A stretch of DNA of 63,186 nt, the filler included, from Rhabdomonas costata (Eukaryota), in the NCBI GenBank assembly GCA_019059605.1. It is 50 parts of 50 records of this genome, joined end to end, with 100 filler letters (N's around TTAATTAATTAA, not from the genome) between each part and the next. Parts side by side here need not be neighbours in the genome. Positions count along the whole stretch, not along the records: positions 1 to 1,166 come from JAHMHO010025388.1; positions 1,267 to 2,432 come from JAHMHO010025389.1; positions 2,533 to 3,698 come from JAHMHO010025390.1; positions 3,799 to 4,964 come from JAHMHO010025391.1; positions 5,065 to 6,230 come from JAHMHO010025392.1; positions 6,331 to 7,496 come from JAHMHO010025393.1; positions 7,597 to 8,762 come from JAHMHO010025394.1; positions 8,863 to 10,028 come from JAHMHO010025395.1; 42 more parts are not named here. One strand, given 5' to 3'. Below are positions 1 to 11,792 of this stretch, piece after piece (position 1 is the stretch's first letter; the number at the start of each line of letters is the position of its first letter). Position numbers and translations under genes: made by a program. A model generated the notes under the pieces. That model was not told the DNA's origin and did no database searches. It worked only from the letters and a program-made list of their open reading frames with translations.

Positions 1-2
1 GT

Positions 3-1046
3 GAATCAAAACATCTTTTACTTAAAAATCTTTATTATAGTCCAAGGACACAATACACATCTATAAAAAGTTTATATGACAACGTACGTAACAAGGGAAT
101 AACCTACGCTGAGGTTAAAGAATTCATCCAAAAACAGGAACCAAGCCAAATTTTAAAAAAGAAAAAGAATGTACGCCACTTTTTCCCAATTACTGCACGC
201 TTTAAGTTCGAAATTTTACAAATTGATTTAGTTGATATTTCTAATTGGGCCCAAGCAAACAAGAATTATAAATATTTAATCGTTGCCTTCGTTATACCAA
301 TCAAGGAGAAAACCGGCGAAACAGTCACGAATGCACTCGACGAAATCATCAAGGAAACATCACCGCTAGTCGTGAATACTGATCTAGGTAGTGAATTTAT
401 CAGTGCTCCATTCGTTCGACGCCTTACACAACAAGGAACCGATATAAATTACGTTAAGGTTGGAGAACATAATAAACTAGCAATCGTAGATCGTTTTGTG
501 CGAACCCTACGAATGAAAATTCAAATGTATATGATTCAGTACCACACAGCAAGTTATATAAATGTATTAAATGATCTCGTATACAATTATAATAATGGGT
601 ACCATACAGGAATAAAAGGAATCCCACAACAAGTAAAAGAAATTGACCCACACATTCAAAAATTAAATGTTGAAAAATACAACAAAGCAACACAGGAAGA
701 AAAAATATACAACATAGGCCAAAAAGTAAGATATAGTATCGTTAAAGGAAGATTTTCAAAAGGCACAAGTGCTAACTGGTCAAAAACTATTCACACAATC
801 ATTTCAAGTACACCACATAGTTATATTTTAGAAAATGGTAAAGAATGCAAATACTATGAGTTACAACCTATCGAAAAATACGAAAAAATCGAATTACCAG
901 AACAGCATCCAACAGTAGATGCTTTGGCAAGTGCAAGAACCCAACAACGGCAGTTTAAAAAGAGTGGACTGAATCGTGAGGACATACAGGAAGCGAAACG
1001 ACAACCAAAAATCAAAGAATGGGCCCGTTCTACGTTAAATAAATAA
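3..1046 (+). CDS. Polinton/Maverick-type retroviral-like (rve) integrase, 5'-truncated
   Basis: Frame open from contig start: LQIDLVD (D at 225), NTDLGSEF (D at 381), IVDRFVRTLR (D at 489), YNNGYHTGIKGIP, C-terminal YNIGQKVR..FSKG..NWS..YELQ typical of Polinton integrases; AT-rich, intronless. Confidence 0.88.
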   Translation, partial: ESKHLLLKNLYYSPRTQYTSIKSLYDNVRNKGITYAEVKEFIQKQEPSQILKKKKNVRHFFPITARFKFEILQIDLVDISNWAQANKNYKYLIVAFVIPIKEKTGETVTNALDEIIKETSPLVVNTDLGSEFISAPFVRRLTQQGTDINYVKVGEHNKLAIVDRFVRTLRMKIQMYMIQYHTASYINVLNDLVYNYNNGYHTGIKGIPQQVKEIDPHIQKLNVEKYNKATQEEKIYNIGQKVRYSIVKGRFSKGTSANWSKTIHTIISSTPHSYILENGKECKYYELQPIEKYEKIELPEQHPTVDALASARTQQRQFKKSGLNREDIQEAKRQPKIKEWARSTLNK

Positions 1047-1166
1047 GAACAAAATGTTATTATTAAAAATCTATCAGTATTTTTAATGTTTGAACCTACT
1101 ATAAACCCACCACTAAACTTACTAAACCCACCATAAAAACTACTATAAAAACTACTACAACCCACC

Positions 1167-1266
1167 NNNNNNNNNNNNNNNNNNNNNNNNNNNNNNNNNN
1201 NNNNNNNNNNTTAATTAATTAANNNNNNNNNNNNNNNNNNNNNNNNNNNNNNNNNNNNNNNNNNNN
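1167..1266. other. Artificial contig spacer N44-TTAATTAATTAA-N44 (first of ~49; recurs every ~1266 nt)
   Basis: Identical 100-nt linker with a six-frame stop palindrome repeats throughout; flanking contigs are unrelated and near-equal in length (1164-1167 nt). Confidence 0.99.
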
Positions 1267-2532
1267 TGGTGGTACCGAAAAAAATATTTCCAGGAGACGG
1301 AGTCAGCGGCTGAGTTTATGCCAAAATACCGGAAATAGAAATCGATACATCGATACATAGATACATTTTATATCGACAAACAGAACACACACGTCATCAA
1401 ACTGTCAGGTGCATTCCGCTGAAATTTGGATGAAGAGTGAGAGAAATAGTGGACAATAATAAAAAAACATATATTGATGTGTTTCCACAAAAAATAAACG
1501 ATATTCAACTTCAGAACAAGTAAAGGTGCGTTCAACAAATTCTCCAAGTTAGGCAAACGATGTTGAGTGCGTCCAGCATTGTTTGCGACTGTAACCGTAA
1601 ACGTCGATAATCAGACTAAAGTCTAAAAACACTGCTGTGAAATATTTCTACGCTTATTTATGCATTTCAAAAAACACTTCCAAAACGAAACATGCTACAC
1701 TCAAACAATAACACTGAAGTCATGCACTGGCAGAAAGCAAACGTCAAACGCTCCCAGTACTGTCATTACGCCTATTGTTTCATCTACACACAGGACACAC
1801 TAAAATTACTGCAAATAAAACTGTCGTAAAATCATGTACAAATAAAAACTGTCAACCACATTTCTTATCAAAACATGAAGTTTTTATAAACAGCAACTAT
1901 ACGTTGTGTGACCCGAAAGCTGAAGTTGGTGGGAAATTTGTAAAACTCAAAGACATTAAATCGTGAAGAACGCATGAAATATGCCACTTTGTTTTTGCAG
2001 TTGAACAACGCATGTGTGAGTGTGAGTTCAATAGTACAACGAATGCTAATTAGTTTTTTGGTTCATGCTTATTTCATGACAATTCGTCTGAAATGACTTA
2101 TCGACATTATATAAACGACCAGAATTTAGATGACACTGATGAAAACAGCTCTCCATCTTTCACCAATACCAGTGCGTTTCATCGACAAGAACATTTGGAG
2201 CATTTGCTCAAAACGTGAGTGATTCCTGCGTAATGAGGATTGATCATCGAAGTATACGTTGAACAATAATGGAATGCTGTGCAAGTAAAAAAATATGAGG
2301 CTGAGTTGTATTCTCTTTGTGCCTATACTGTGTCTCCACGTTTATTTACAAGTCTTCATAATAAAGAGGTCTTGATAATAACCTACTAACTAAGCATGAA
2401 TCATTCTCTCACCGTTCTTTTCCACGGTTTGCNNNNNNNNNNNNNNNNNNNNNNNNNNNNNNNNNNNNNNNNNNNNTTAATTAATTAANNNNNNNNNNNN
2501 NNNNNNNNNNNNNNNNNNNNNNNNNNNNNNNN

Positions 2533-3583
2533 GGGAGGTGGAGGAGCGGGTGCAGCCACGTCAGGGCTGTCATGGGGCAAGGGCTGGGGCCTAGCAAGAG
2601 GAAGGGGCTGCCGCTCTGGCCTGGGCTTCTTCCCTTTTATGAAGCAGACACTCAAGCACAATGTACGATTCAGATGCAGGGGCAAATCAAGGCAAGGGAT
2701 ACCTGCCCGCGAGGAAGCATCCAACATAGCAGCCAGAACTTACGAGGGTACACACAGCAGACGACGCAAAACTGCCACTGTGAGCGCCTGGGGTGGAATG
2801 TCAAAGCACCAGCGAAAAAGTTTATAAAAAATCGGGGGCTGAGGGCTGAGGGTAAGAGAGAGAAGCGACGCACTTGGTGGCTCCTCGGGCGGGGGAACCC
2901 TGTGCCTCTTGCTTGTGTGCTCGGGAAGATCCCGGGCTTGAGTCGCGTGAGAAGAGTGACCCAATGCACTCGAGGGGATGCTGGCCATGACCTGCTCAGC
3001 GCTGGAGGCATTCTGGAGCTCCACACTGATTTCCATCGGGAGGTCAGGGGGGCCAGCCTGCGCCAGGGGGACAACCCTCAAAAGAGATTCGATACACCTA
3101 ATCTTCAATCACAAAAATCCTGTGTGAGGATGGGAACGGTTTCCGACAAGGGCCTCAATCTACGGTGACAACAAACTCAAGAGCGACCTATCTTTGGCTG
3201 CCATTGCAACCAGGTATCTGCAGCACTCTCGAGAAGCGCCAAAAGCCAACCGCTGCTCTTCACGCAGTGGCCACCGAACTTGCTCAGTTCTCAAAATTGT
3301 ACGCCCATATACCGTATGTACTTGGCGAGCATCTTTGAATTCAGAACCCACACGTTACCTCAAGAAAAGGGGCAGCAGGGACAGGATCCGGTTGGTTGTG
3401 CCGGCCCTCCTCCGTCACCGCAGCCGTGACCACCACCTCGTCCTCCAACTTCTCCTGCTTCACCTCGACGGCCTTGCCCATGGAGTCATGGTACACATAC
3501 CTCAAGGGGCCGGAGCCCAGCCGGAGCTCATCCCCGGAGACGATCTTACTGGGAAGGTTGGGCTCCAGATACCGCCCGTTGAG
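2533..3583 (-). CDS. FHA-domain protein fragment, 3 exons (3583-3359, 3057-2874, 2633-2533)
   Basis: LNGRYLEPNLPSKIVSGDELRLGSGPLRYVY matches the FHA C-terminal strands; GT-AG boundaries with consistent phases; Pro-rich continuation. Confidence 0.7.
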
Positions 3584-4055
3584 CTACACAAGAAAATCCC
3601 ACACTCCGCAGAAAGAGAACGTTCTGAGAAAGGAGCAGAATAAACCCGTTCGCCACGCGCAGTCCTTCAATGTGAGCAGCATTTAGGGGAGGAAGATTNN
3701 NNNNNNNNNNNNNNNNNNNNNNNNNNNNNNNNNNNNNNNNNNTTAATTAATTAANNNNNNNNNNNNNNNNNNNNNNNNNNNNNNNNNNNNNNNNNNNNTT
3801 GTGGGGGGTTGTTACCAGTGATAACAAAAGTGTCACTTCAGAATCAGTTTTTCATACAACGTCAATTAAGGTCTTCAACTCAGCCGGGGGGCTTAGCTGT
3901 CTCGCTGGCCATTGCTGCTGTTGGGCTCCGAATGATCACTGGTTAACAACCAGAACTGTCCCTGAGTCGCTGTCTCAGCCCAGGGGCCAAGCGAACCCGA
4001 GGACTGCCATCTGTATGCAGAGCCGTGAGAAAGGTCGTGGGGGGGGAGGGCGCAG

Positions 4056-4842
4056 CTTCTCACTCGATTGATGTCTGGGCTGGCTGGCAGCGAAGCGGCG
4101 GGAAGTGCCGCGGCCTCTGAGAAGGCCTGCGTCGCTGCCCGGCAGAGCTTCTTGATCTCCGCAGACATGGCGCACGCCGTGCACCCCTGCTACCCGTATG
4201 CGGCGCATACAGTCACGCGAGCGCACACATTAGCACACGAAACTGGAAGAAGAAACGAAATGCTCAGAAATGCAGAGGTGGCTTTTTGTAGCCATAGCTG
4301 AATCGCATCTGTTCTGGCCTCACACTGCTTTCCTCCTTCAGAATATGTGTTTTGGTGCGATTTGTGTTCGATGCTCGATGATAATTGCATATGTTGTTTG
4401 TAATGAATGCGTGTAATGAAGAAGGCGCTTTCAGGGCCCTTGGGAAGGTTCCGAGTGACGGAACTTGAGGGAGGCAGTAGTGAATTCTTGTTATGAAGCA
4501 GCGTCGTTTTCTTTTTGGCGTCAGTTTTTCCGATGTATACGGTAATATTGCGTTCATCATATCACTATGCCTTCCTCATAATGGTGAACTTTAAAAGCGC
4601 AGCAGGAGGGGCAGTTTATGGACCCGACCTAACTTGAAGGCCAACGCAGCTGAAGTTGACGGGCGGAAGAGCGGCACACCTGCGACCCCCACTCCTGCAG
4701 GAATGTCCATCATGAGCTGCATCGCCCTGAGGTGCACAAAGGGGTGGTGATCAAGATGCATGCCAACAAGAGGTACAGCACAGACTCCACCTCGCAGGCA
4801 TTGCTCTCCGAGTTGGCCCGAGGTGCGGGCGTCCCTATTCAG
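4056..4842 (+). CDS. DNPEP: Aspartyl aminopeptidase (peptidase M18) fragment, exons ~4056-4195 and 4701-4842
   Basis: SFLISADMAHAVHPCYP|NVHHELHRPEVHKGVVIKMHANKRYSTDS...GVPIQ is the M18 signature; in-phase GT-AG intron. Confidence 0.92.
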
Positions 4843-6341
4843 GTGTGCCTTGGTCTTCCCTGGCCGTGGGAAACCAACCGCAGGGGTCCTGCAGCAACAG
4901 CAGCAATAGGATGTAGACGGACGCTTGCTTTCACCAAATCACCGCAACCTTTTCACCACACACCNNNNNNNNNNNNNNNNNNNNNNNNNNNNNNNNNNNN
5001 NNNNNNNNTTAATTAATTAANNNNNNNNNNNNNNNNNNNNNNNNNNNNNNNNNNNNNNNNNNNNCCGATAATTAACGAAGGGAGTTGGGCCCACCCTCAA
5101 GCCAGGGGTCAGGACCCAGACTCGTTTTTGCATTTATTCCGCGGATTTGTGGTTAGGGCAAAAGGCACTCTTCCGTTTTATATGTGTGTGAATCTTTTAT
5201 TTTTCAGAAAACAGATTCCGCAGAAAGCAAATAAATTCGACATCAACACCGCAGTCGATAACAGCGCATGAAGTACAATGGTGTTGTACATGGACATCTT
5301 GTGTGCCAGCCACATTTCCACCGTAAACTGATAGAGGGTCGCCATGGTGGCCAGACGTACGGCCGCCTCGCAGGCCTACACCACAGAGAAGCCACGCGTA
5401 ATGCAAATGTATGATGTGCATCACAGCCACACCTTTCTCAGCAACACAACCACCACCACAACAACAAAAACACGGGATAATGGTCAATGCAAACAGAAAA
5501 AAATACCTCCCCCACTTCCCCCATCACGCTCTCACCAGCAGGCCGGCCACGGAGTTCCGCTAGGCATTCCAGTGCACCGTCATGAACTCCACGTCAACCG
5601 AGGGCACCGTACATACTTGAAACAATCTGGTAGGCCTGTGCAAAACCCATCATCCATGACTATTGCAACCGCTCGCCACGACACACCTTCCATCCGCCTG
5701 ACAATAGGAAGCAGAATAGTTCATGGTTACCACAACATTGTCCCCCATGCTCCCCTCCATCCCTCCATCCCTCTCTATATCTCTTGAAAATGCTTCGGAA
5801 AAGAAAATAAAGATTGGGATGCGCCGGCCACAAAACGAAGAAAATGAAACTTAAGGTTTTGCCCGCTCCCGCAGGTTTCCTGGTGTCTTTTCCCAAAGCG
5901 ATTTTACACCCTCACATTTCTTTATTATTTTGGGGTGGTTGGAGGTGTCTATGCCGATTCGAAAAATTGCGCACGCACCTTGCTAAGCAACAATTTTGTT
6001 GATGCCTCTTCCGGTCAGCTGCATTCTAAGCTGCGAATATTTACAGAGTCTGAGACGCGCACTCTCGCCTCAGTGATAGCCATGACCACCTTCCAAGCCT
6101 TCTATTACGGACGAGCCACGTCCTGTTCAGCTCCACTTCGCTGGGTCTCTGGAATCCACCTTGTGTCCTGAGTGAAGGCACTGAGATGTCATTGCCAACT
6201 GAATCAGCACAGCTGAGTGAATTTTCCAGGNNNNNNNNNNNNNNNNNNNNNNNNNNNNNNNNNNNNNNNNNNNNTTAATTAATTAANNNNNNNNNNNNNN
6301 NNNNNNNNNNNNNNNNNNNNNNNNNNNNNNTTTTTTTGGAT

Positions 6342-7455
6342 CTATAGCGGTGTAAAAGTGATGGAACGTGCGATGGTGAGATGGATTGACTGGTTAGTAG
6401 TGCTCTTGTTGAAATGGAGGCACATACCGTCTTCACTACAAAGCAACTCCGTTGTGGTTGCATTTGGAGTGGCGGAGAAGGGTGGCAATTGCGGGTGGCT
6501 GTGCTGGAGTGGTACCATTGCCACTGCTTGGTTGTGTGACACAACGCTATGGAGAGTAGCTTGCATAATGGCCGCTCTGGAGACAATTCCAGCAAACCAC
6601 TTCATTTTTTGAAAACTACTTGCAAGAATACAGAGTTCTATACTGTTATCGCTCTGCAAAGTTGTCAACTGAACGACGCTTGCAACATTTCTTGATTATT
6701 TCCAGTCACAGATTTCACTTGCCACACTCAATCTCCAATCTTGCGTCCTCCCTGCACTGTCCTCGCTGTAGTTTAACCAGCGCTTTTGTGGTAGGTCCAA
6801 AATGGAGTAGAAATTCCCATGTGTATAAAACAGCGTGAGCTACTGGACAACTTTTGGAACATAGGTCTCGGATTCGAAAAAGTCATAATATGTTTCGCTC
6901 AGCTCAGTAACAATGGCTGTTTGACAAGCATTGCGGATCTAATTGTTATGTTGATTGATGTACTGCCACGCTTTTTGGTGGATAATCTCCATATGGTTGG
7001 TCATTTTTGCAATACTCTCTTGCTCAGCTCTTTCGTTTTTGTCCTTCAGATGGTTAATGGTCCAAAATAGGCAGTCCACACCTACACAATCGCTGACTCC
7101 AACGTTTCAAGTTTTCTGAAAAATATGTTTCTGAAAAATCCACGAATAGTGGTGAAATTCATGCGGTTGGCTAGTTATCTATTAGCTAATGGTGGATAAT
7201 GCTTGCAATATTGGAAAGACTCTATAATGGAAGTACAGAATTGTTTTGTCGTGTGTCGACTTCGATAATGTTGGCCAACTGGCGTCCTTGTATGTGGTTA
7301 ATGATAACACCTAACAAGCCAAAAATGAGCCAAATATACTTGGTTTTTATAGCCATGGTATGTCGCATTCTCGCACATGTTTGGCATTCAGCGGCAGTGA
7401 ATAAAACAATCTTGTATTTGTTGATCCATTTCTTCAGTTTTCGATAATCATTCAC
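6342..7455 (-). pseudogene. Degenerate hAT-like transposase remnant
   Basis: Broken frames give IIEVDTRQNNSVL (~DVxTRWNS) and, near the 3' end, HPQLPPFSATPNATTTELLCSEDG (~hAT dimerisation P.L..LSxPATS..ERxFS); several stops and frameshifts. Confidence 0.45.
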
Positions 7456-7646
7456 AATCTCTTAGATATTATAAAGCGTAATAATTGGCAAAAACANNNN
7501 NNNNNNNNNNNNNNNNNNNNNNNNNNNNNNNNNNNNNNNNTTAATTAATTAANNNNNNNNNNNNNNNNNNNNNNNNNNNNNNNNNNNNNNNNNNNNGGGG
7601 TGGTTTCCTATCATGCTTGCCCCAGGGTCTACTACCTGGATGACCG

Positions 7647-8762
7647 CTGCCGTTTTGCCGCCTGCACTGCTGCCCAGCGCTGACCATGTTCTGCTCACCG
7701 CCGCGCGGCAGTGGATGCCGTGCACGGCGGCTGCCCTGGCGGAGCTGCTGGGCCCACAGCTGCTGTCCTCTGTGCAGGCACTTTTCTCCCTCGAATTCTC
7801 TCTTTTCTTTTTTTGGCCGTTCGTTTTGAGAACCTTTTCTTTCTACATCAACGTGTTTTGCTTTTAGCCCGACTGAAAAGCACATCGGGTGGCATGTTTC
7901 CTTTTCGAGTTTCGGTCATCCAGGTAGTAGACCCTGGGGCAAGCATGATATGAAACCGCCTCCGTTGCGTTTTGAAATGCAATGCCTCTCCGCGATCTGA
8001 ATACAAAAGCGGTTTTCTTTTGATGCATCGCAACTTCCTGTCCTCTGAAGGACACGTCCTGAACTCCACCCGCGTCCTCTATGCTGCTCACTGTGCAAGT
8101 CAGGGAACTGTTTGGATATGGGAGTGTGGCATTAGGTCAGTGGCTGCTGTGTGCCTCGGTGTGAGGTTTGTTTGGAGAGCGGTGGGCGATGTGGGGCAAT
8201 GGAACAAACATCCTTAGGGGCCAGCGGCCTCCGATGGCAGAGGGAGTGCCGTGAAATACATGCGGACAAGAGGAGACACAGATACGGAGGAAGCTGCTCT
8301 CCAGATGGGCTTTTTGGCTTGTCCTCAGAATTGTTGCCGTCCGCTCTATCGCGTGAAGTCGTCCGGGGAGCTCCTTCCCATCTTAGCTGTGCAGCACAGG
8401 GAATGCCGTTGACCCTTTTGCCGTACACTTTCAATATCGTAGCACATGGCCCATTGTAAGTTTTCCAGCCTCCTCCTATTCCCTCTTTTGTCCCATTGGG
8501 TATCTCTCGAGGGCATCTAAACTGAGGCCAATGTTTGCTTAATGTTTTTGATGCGTGCGCTCATGTATGAAAGGGCACTGTTTGCTTTGCTTTCGCGAGC
8601 GCCCTTCCGTCTCTGCGAAGGATTCTTCGGGGCGCACGGCGTTCCTTGTGGCGCTGCTGGAGGCCCACTGCGACGACACGGCGGCTGTGCTGGCCGGGCC
8701 CACGGCTGCAGCGGGTGCGCTGTGGGGCAGCGACGTGGCGGAGACCGAGGAACACACCACAC
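7647..8762 (+). CDS. Ankyrin-repeat protein fragment (exons ~7647-7777 and 8621-~8755)
   Basis: HVLLTAARQW...LLSSVQ|DSSGRTAFLVALLEAHCDDTAAVL fits ankyrin QDxxGRTAL; needs a GC donor at 7778. Confidence 0.5.
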
Positions 8763-10134
8763 NNNNNNNNNNNNNNNNNNNNNNNNNNNNNNNNNNNNNN
8801 NNNNNNTTAATTAATTAANNNNNNNNNNNNNNNNNNNNNNNNNNNNNNNNNNNNNNNNNNNNTAAATTTTCAGCGTTCCGGTCACAACGCCTTTCTCCCG
8901 GGTGCTCTGCGGGTATTAGTGTGATCTCCGACGAGAACATTGGTCGACAGTACTCCCAACAGGCAGTGCTTGTGCCCCCCCCCCCGACCCCACCCCCCAC
9001 CATGAACACACACACATTCTCTCTCTCATTTCTCTGCTCGGCCTCTCTCGCTCTTTGGATCTGGGTCGTCTAGATCTACGGTCTGTTAACGTGGGTGTTT
9101 GTTGAATGTTACCCTTTCAGCTGAAATGGTTTTATCCTACGTGTACTCCTCAGCCCGGATCTGTCATGGAATCGTAACAACAGAAAGCTGATTGGCACAT
9201 TCACGCGCACCCTCTGTCTTCTGTCCTGGCGCTGTGCTGTGGATGTGCGCAGCTCTTAGGGACCCCGGAGGACTTCGAAGGAGCGCCACATCTGTTCCGA
9301 TTCCACGGCAGCCGTGGGACGAGAGGCGGTGTCCCTGTGCTGCTGCATTTCAGCCTGCGCCCTGCTGCCGTGGAGGAGCACCGGTGCACTGCGCGGGCCG
9401 CTCAACCGCCGCCGCCCAAGCAGCAGCAACCGCGGCTGCTCACGCCCACAGAGCCGGTCGCTTTGCTCCCCTTCTTCCTATGCGGTTGGGGAGGGGGTCA
9501 TACGATAATATTCCTTCAGCTTTTCCCAGGCCTCGTAGTCCGAGGGGTGAGCCTGAGAGAAAAATAGGCAGCCGAACACACAAGCGGGAGACATTTCACA
9601 CAAAGAAGAGCGCAGGCACACACAACTACGGCAGGCACACACAACTACAGGCAGGGAAAGACGCAGGCGGGCAGGCAGGCTGTGGCAGTGAAGAATTTTT
9701 AAGCCATTGATGGGCTTCCACGCGTTTCCTGTTTCTTGCGCATTTCTCTGTGTGTTGCGCAGAATACACCACAATATTTTGAGCTGGATGCCCGGCCTAC
9801 CAAACCACGAGGCAGGATAAAAACCGTAGACATAAACTGCAAGAGCATCAGGTTCGAAGGACAAATGGCGGTAACGGTGTGTGCGTGTGCGTGCGTGTGA
9901 GAGAGAAGGGATTGCTTTACCTTTCTGCCACAAGGAGCAGCTTCACCTCCGCCCAGACCCACGCCGTAGAGCCCACCCAGCAGGCCTCCCAGCCGCTCCG
10001 CTCTTCCACGGTGGCATTCCACACAAACNNNNNNNNNNNNNNNNNNNNNNNNNNNNNNNNNNNNNNNNNNNNTTAATTAATTAANNNNNNNNNNNNNNNN
10101 NNNNNNNNNNNNNNNNNNNNNNNNNNNNTGTGGG

Positions 10135-10215
10135 GTTTGCGTTTGCGTTTGCGTTTGCGTTTGCGTTTGCGTTTGCGTTTGCTTTTGCGTTTGCGTTTGC
10201 GTTTGCGTTTGCGTT
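10135..10215 (+). repeat. (GTTTGC)n hexanucleotide microsatellite
   Basis: About 13 near-perfect copies. Confidence 0.97.
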
Positions 10216-10480
10216 GGTGTGTTCTACCAAAACGAGAGGGATCCCTTTGTTACATTATCCGAACGTCCACACAGCTTGCACCGTTTTGCTCATATATGTG
10301 CTTTTTGTTGGTCCTCTTTCACTCTTTTTGGGCCTCGTATTGCAGGATAATTGATTCGGGGTTGAAAAGCATTTATGGTTCCAAGGGGGAAGAAATCCGG
10401 GATTAAAAGCAATCGCCAGAGTGAATATCGCTCCAATCTTTACCGTGCATTCTTGAAAGTAATGCCAATTACTTCCGCAG

Positions 10481-11067
10481 GGGTCAGGCCAAACTTTTGC
10501 TCTCCGAGATGGAGTTCCTGTCGCTGTACGCGAAGGACAACACTCTTGTTGTCTATGCGGGTGCAGCACCTGGGCTGCACATCCCCTACCTGGCCAAACT
10601 CTTTCCAGAGGTCACCTCCTCTAATACTTCGTTTCGCTTGCTGCTGAGAGGTGGGTAAGGGGGGAGGGAGTGCGACAACGGTGCTTGCAAGTTCCGTGAG
10701 AAACCGATGAAGTCTTCTATTTTTGATTGAGGGGCGTACACTTTCGAGTTTCTACTCAAACGCACACGCGCAAATACAAGGCTAGCAAGACAGCAATAGG
10801 GGACATCTTCAATGGAACCGACTTGCACAACAACCTGAAGTGTTCCGTGAACAGTTGGTTTTTGTCGCCTGTCCACATACAAGAATTATACAAACTCATG
10901 CCACCCCTTTCCAGCCCGTCCTCCTCATCTTTCTACTCCACGCACTCCCCCATACGGAGGCACTGCCTGGCATTCAGGTTCAGTTTGAGCTCATCGATCC
11001 CGCCCGGTTCGACGCTGAGGAGAAGCCGGGGGTGAAGATTCATATAGTCAACGAAAAGTTCACTGAA
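10481..11067 (+). CDS. VP39-like cap-specific mRNA 2'-O-methyltransferase (poxvirus VP39 / trypanosome MTR2-MTR3 family) fragment, exons 10481-10610 and 10978-~11067
   Basis: GQAKLLLSEMEFLSLYAKDNTLVVYAGAAPGLHIPYLAKLFPE|VQFELIDPARF contains the GQxKLLLSExEFL and VVYAGAAPGxH SAM-binding motifs; GT-AG intron; first exon absent from the ORF track. Confidence 0.88.
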
Positions 11068-11167
11068 TGAAATTCGGACACCATTTCCCCTCCCCTCTGA
11101 CGACCAAGACGATGTCCTCAATGCCGAATGGGATTCAGATTGCCCGCAATTCCCCCTTCCATGAGAC

Positions 11168-11225
11168 CTTCGTAGATGTCTCCACACTTGTAGTGAAGCA
11201 CCCCGTAGCCGTGCCGTTTGCCACC
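11168..11225 (-). CDS. MORN-repeat exon
   Basis: cgcag|GGKRHGYGVLHYKCGDIYE(G)|gt matches the MORN consensus GxRHGxGxxxYxxGDxYEG. Confidence 0.75.
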
Positions 11226-11725
11226 CTGCGACAAACCCAGAAAAGCCAGATTCAAATTAATACTTCAGTCCACAGTTAGGGTGCACACAAACAANNNNNN
11301 NNNNNNNNNNNNNNNNNNNNNNNNNNNNNNNNNNNNNNTTAATTAATTAANNNNNNNNNNNNNNNNNNNNNNNNNNNNNNNNNNNNNNNNNNNNGTTTTT
11401 GGGATACGCCCCTCTGGTTGAAGACAAGGTCTAAGCGGCGCAGTTCCGCGTCGATTCTGCCGTTGCCGACGGGCTCAGCCCAGCTCGGAACCATTTCATT
11501 TTGGCTAGCCTCTTGGCGAGTCAAGCAGCCTCCGTTTGTGTGGGTTCGGGTATGCGTTTTCATTTGGTTTGTTTGATGGCTCGGCTTTTCATTTGAAGAG
11601 TTGTGCCAGTGTGTATACTTCACCCGCTGTTGTCGTGGAGTTGCTTGCAATTCTACAGGCGGTGTCTCGGTTTCTCCGGGTTCACTATATCAAGTCTTCT
11701 GGGTACCAGGGGAAAAGTGTTGGAA

Positions 11726-11792
11726 GAGGGCTAAGCCGAAGCAGGCCTGGGGAGTTTTTGTTTTTATAGCAGGTTCTCCGAAACGCTGCGTG
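11726..11792 (+). repeat. Dispersed repeat copy A (homologous to 14958-15023, minus strand)
   Basis: gagggc(t/a)aagccgaagcaggcc(t/c)gggg ... ccgaaa(c/t)gctgcgtg shared between two unrelated contigs. Confidence 0.75.

Noticed and set aside
1095-1166. ACTACT near the contig end as a Polinton right terminus
   Set aside because: Lies in simple A/C-rich repeats, does not match the 17845 terminus beyond a few bases, and overlaps the primer-derived end
1211-1222. Regularly spaced TTAATTAATTAA palindromes resembling a CRISPR-like array or biological repeat
   Set aside because: Always embedded in N44 blocks; synthetic six-frame-stop linker
1267-2432. Possible decayed transposase (hAT dimerisation-like words near 1540-1660)
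   Set aside because: Too many stops and no convincing motif
10130-10406. ORFs with FAFAFA/RLRLRL runs (also HIHIHI/YTYTYT at 52069-52730)
   Set aside because: Translations of microsatellites, not proteins
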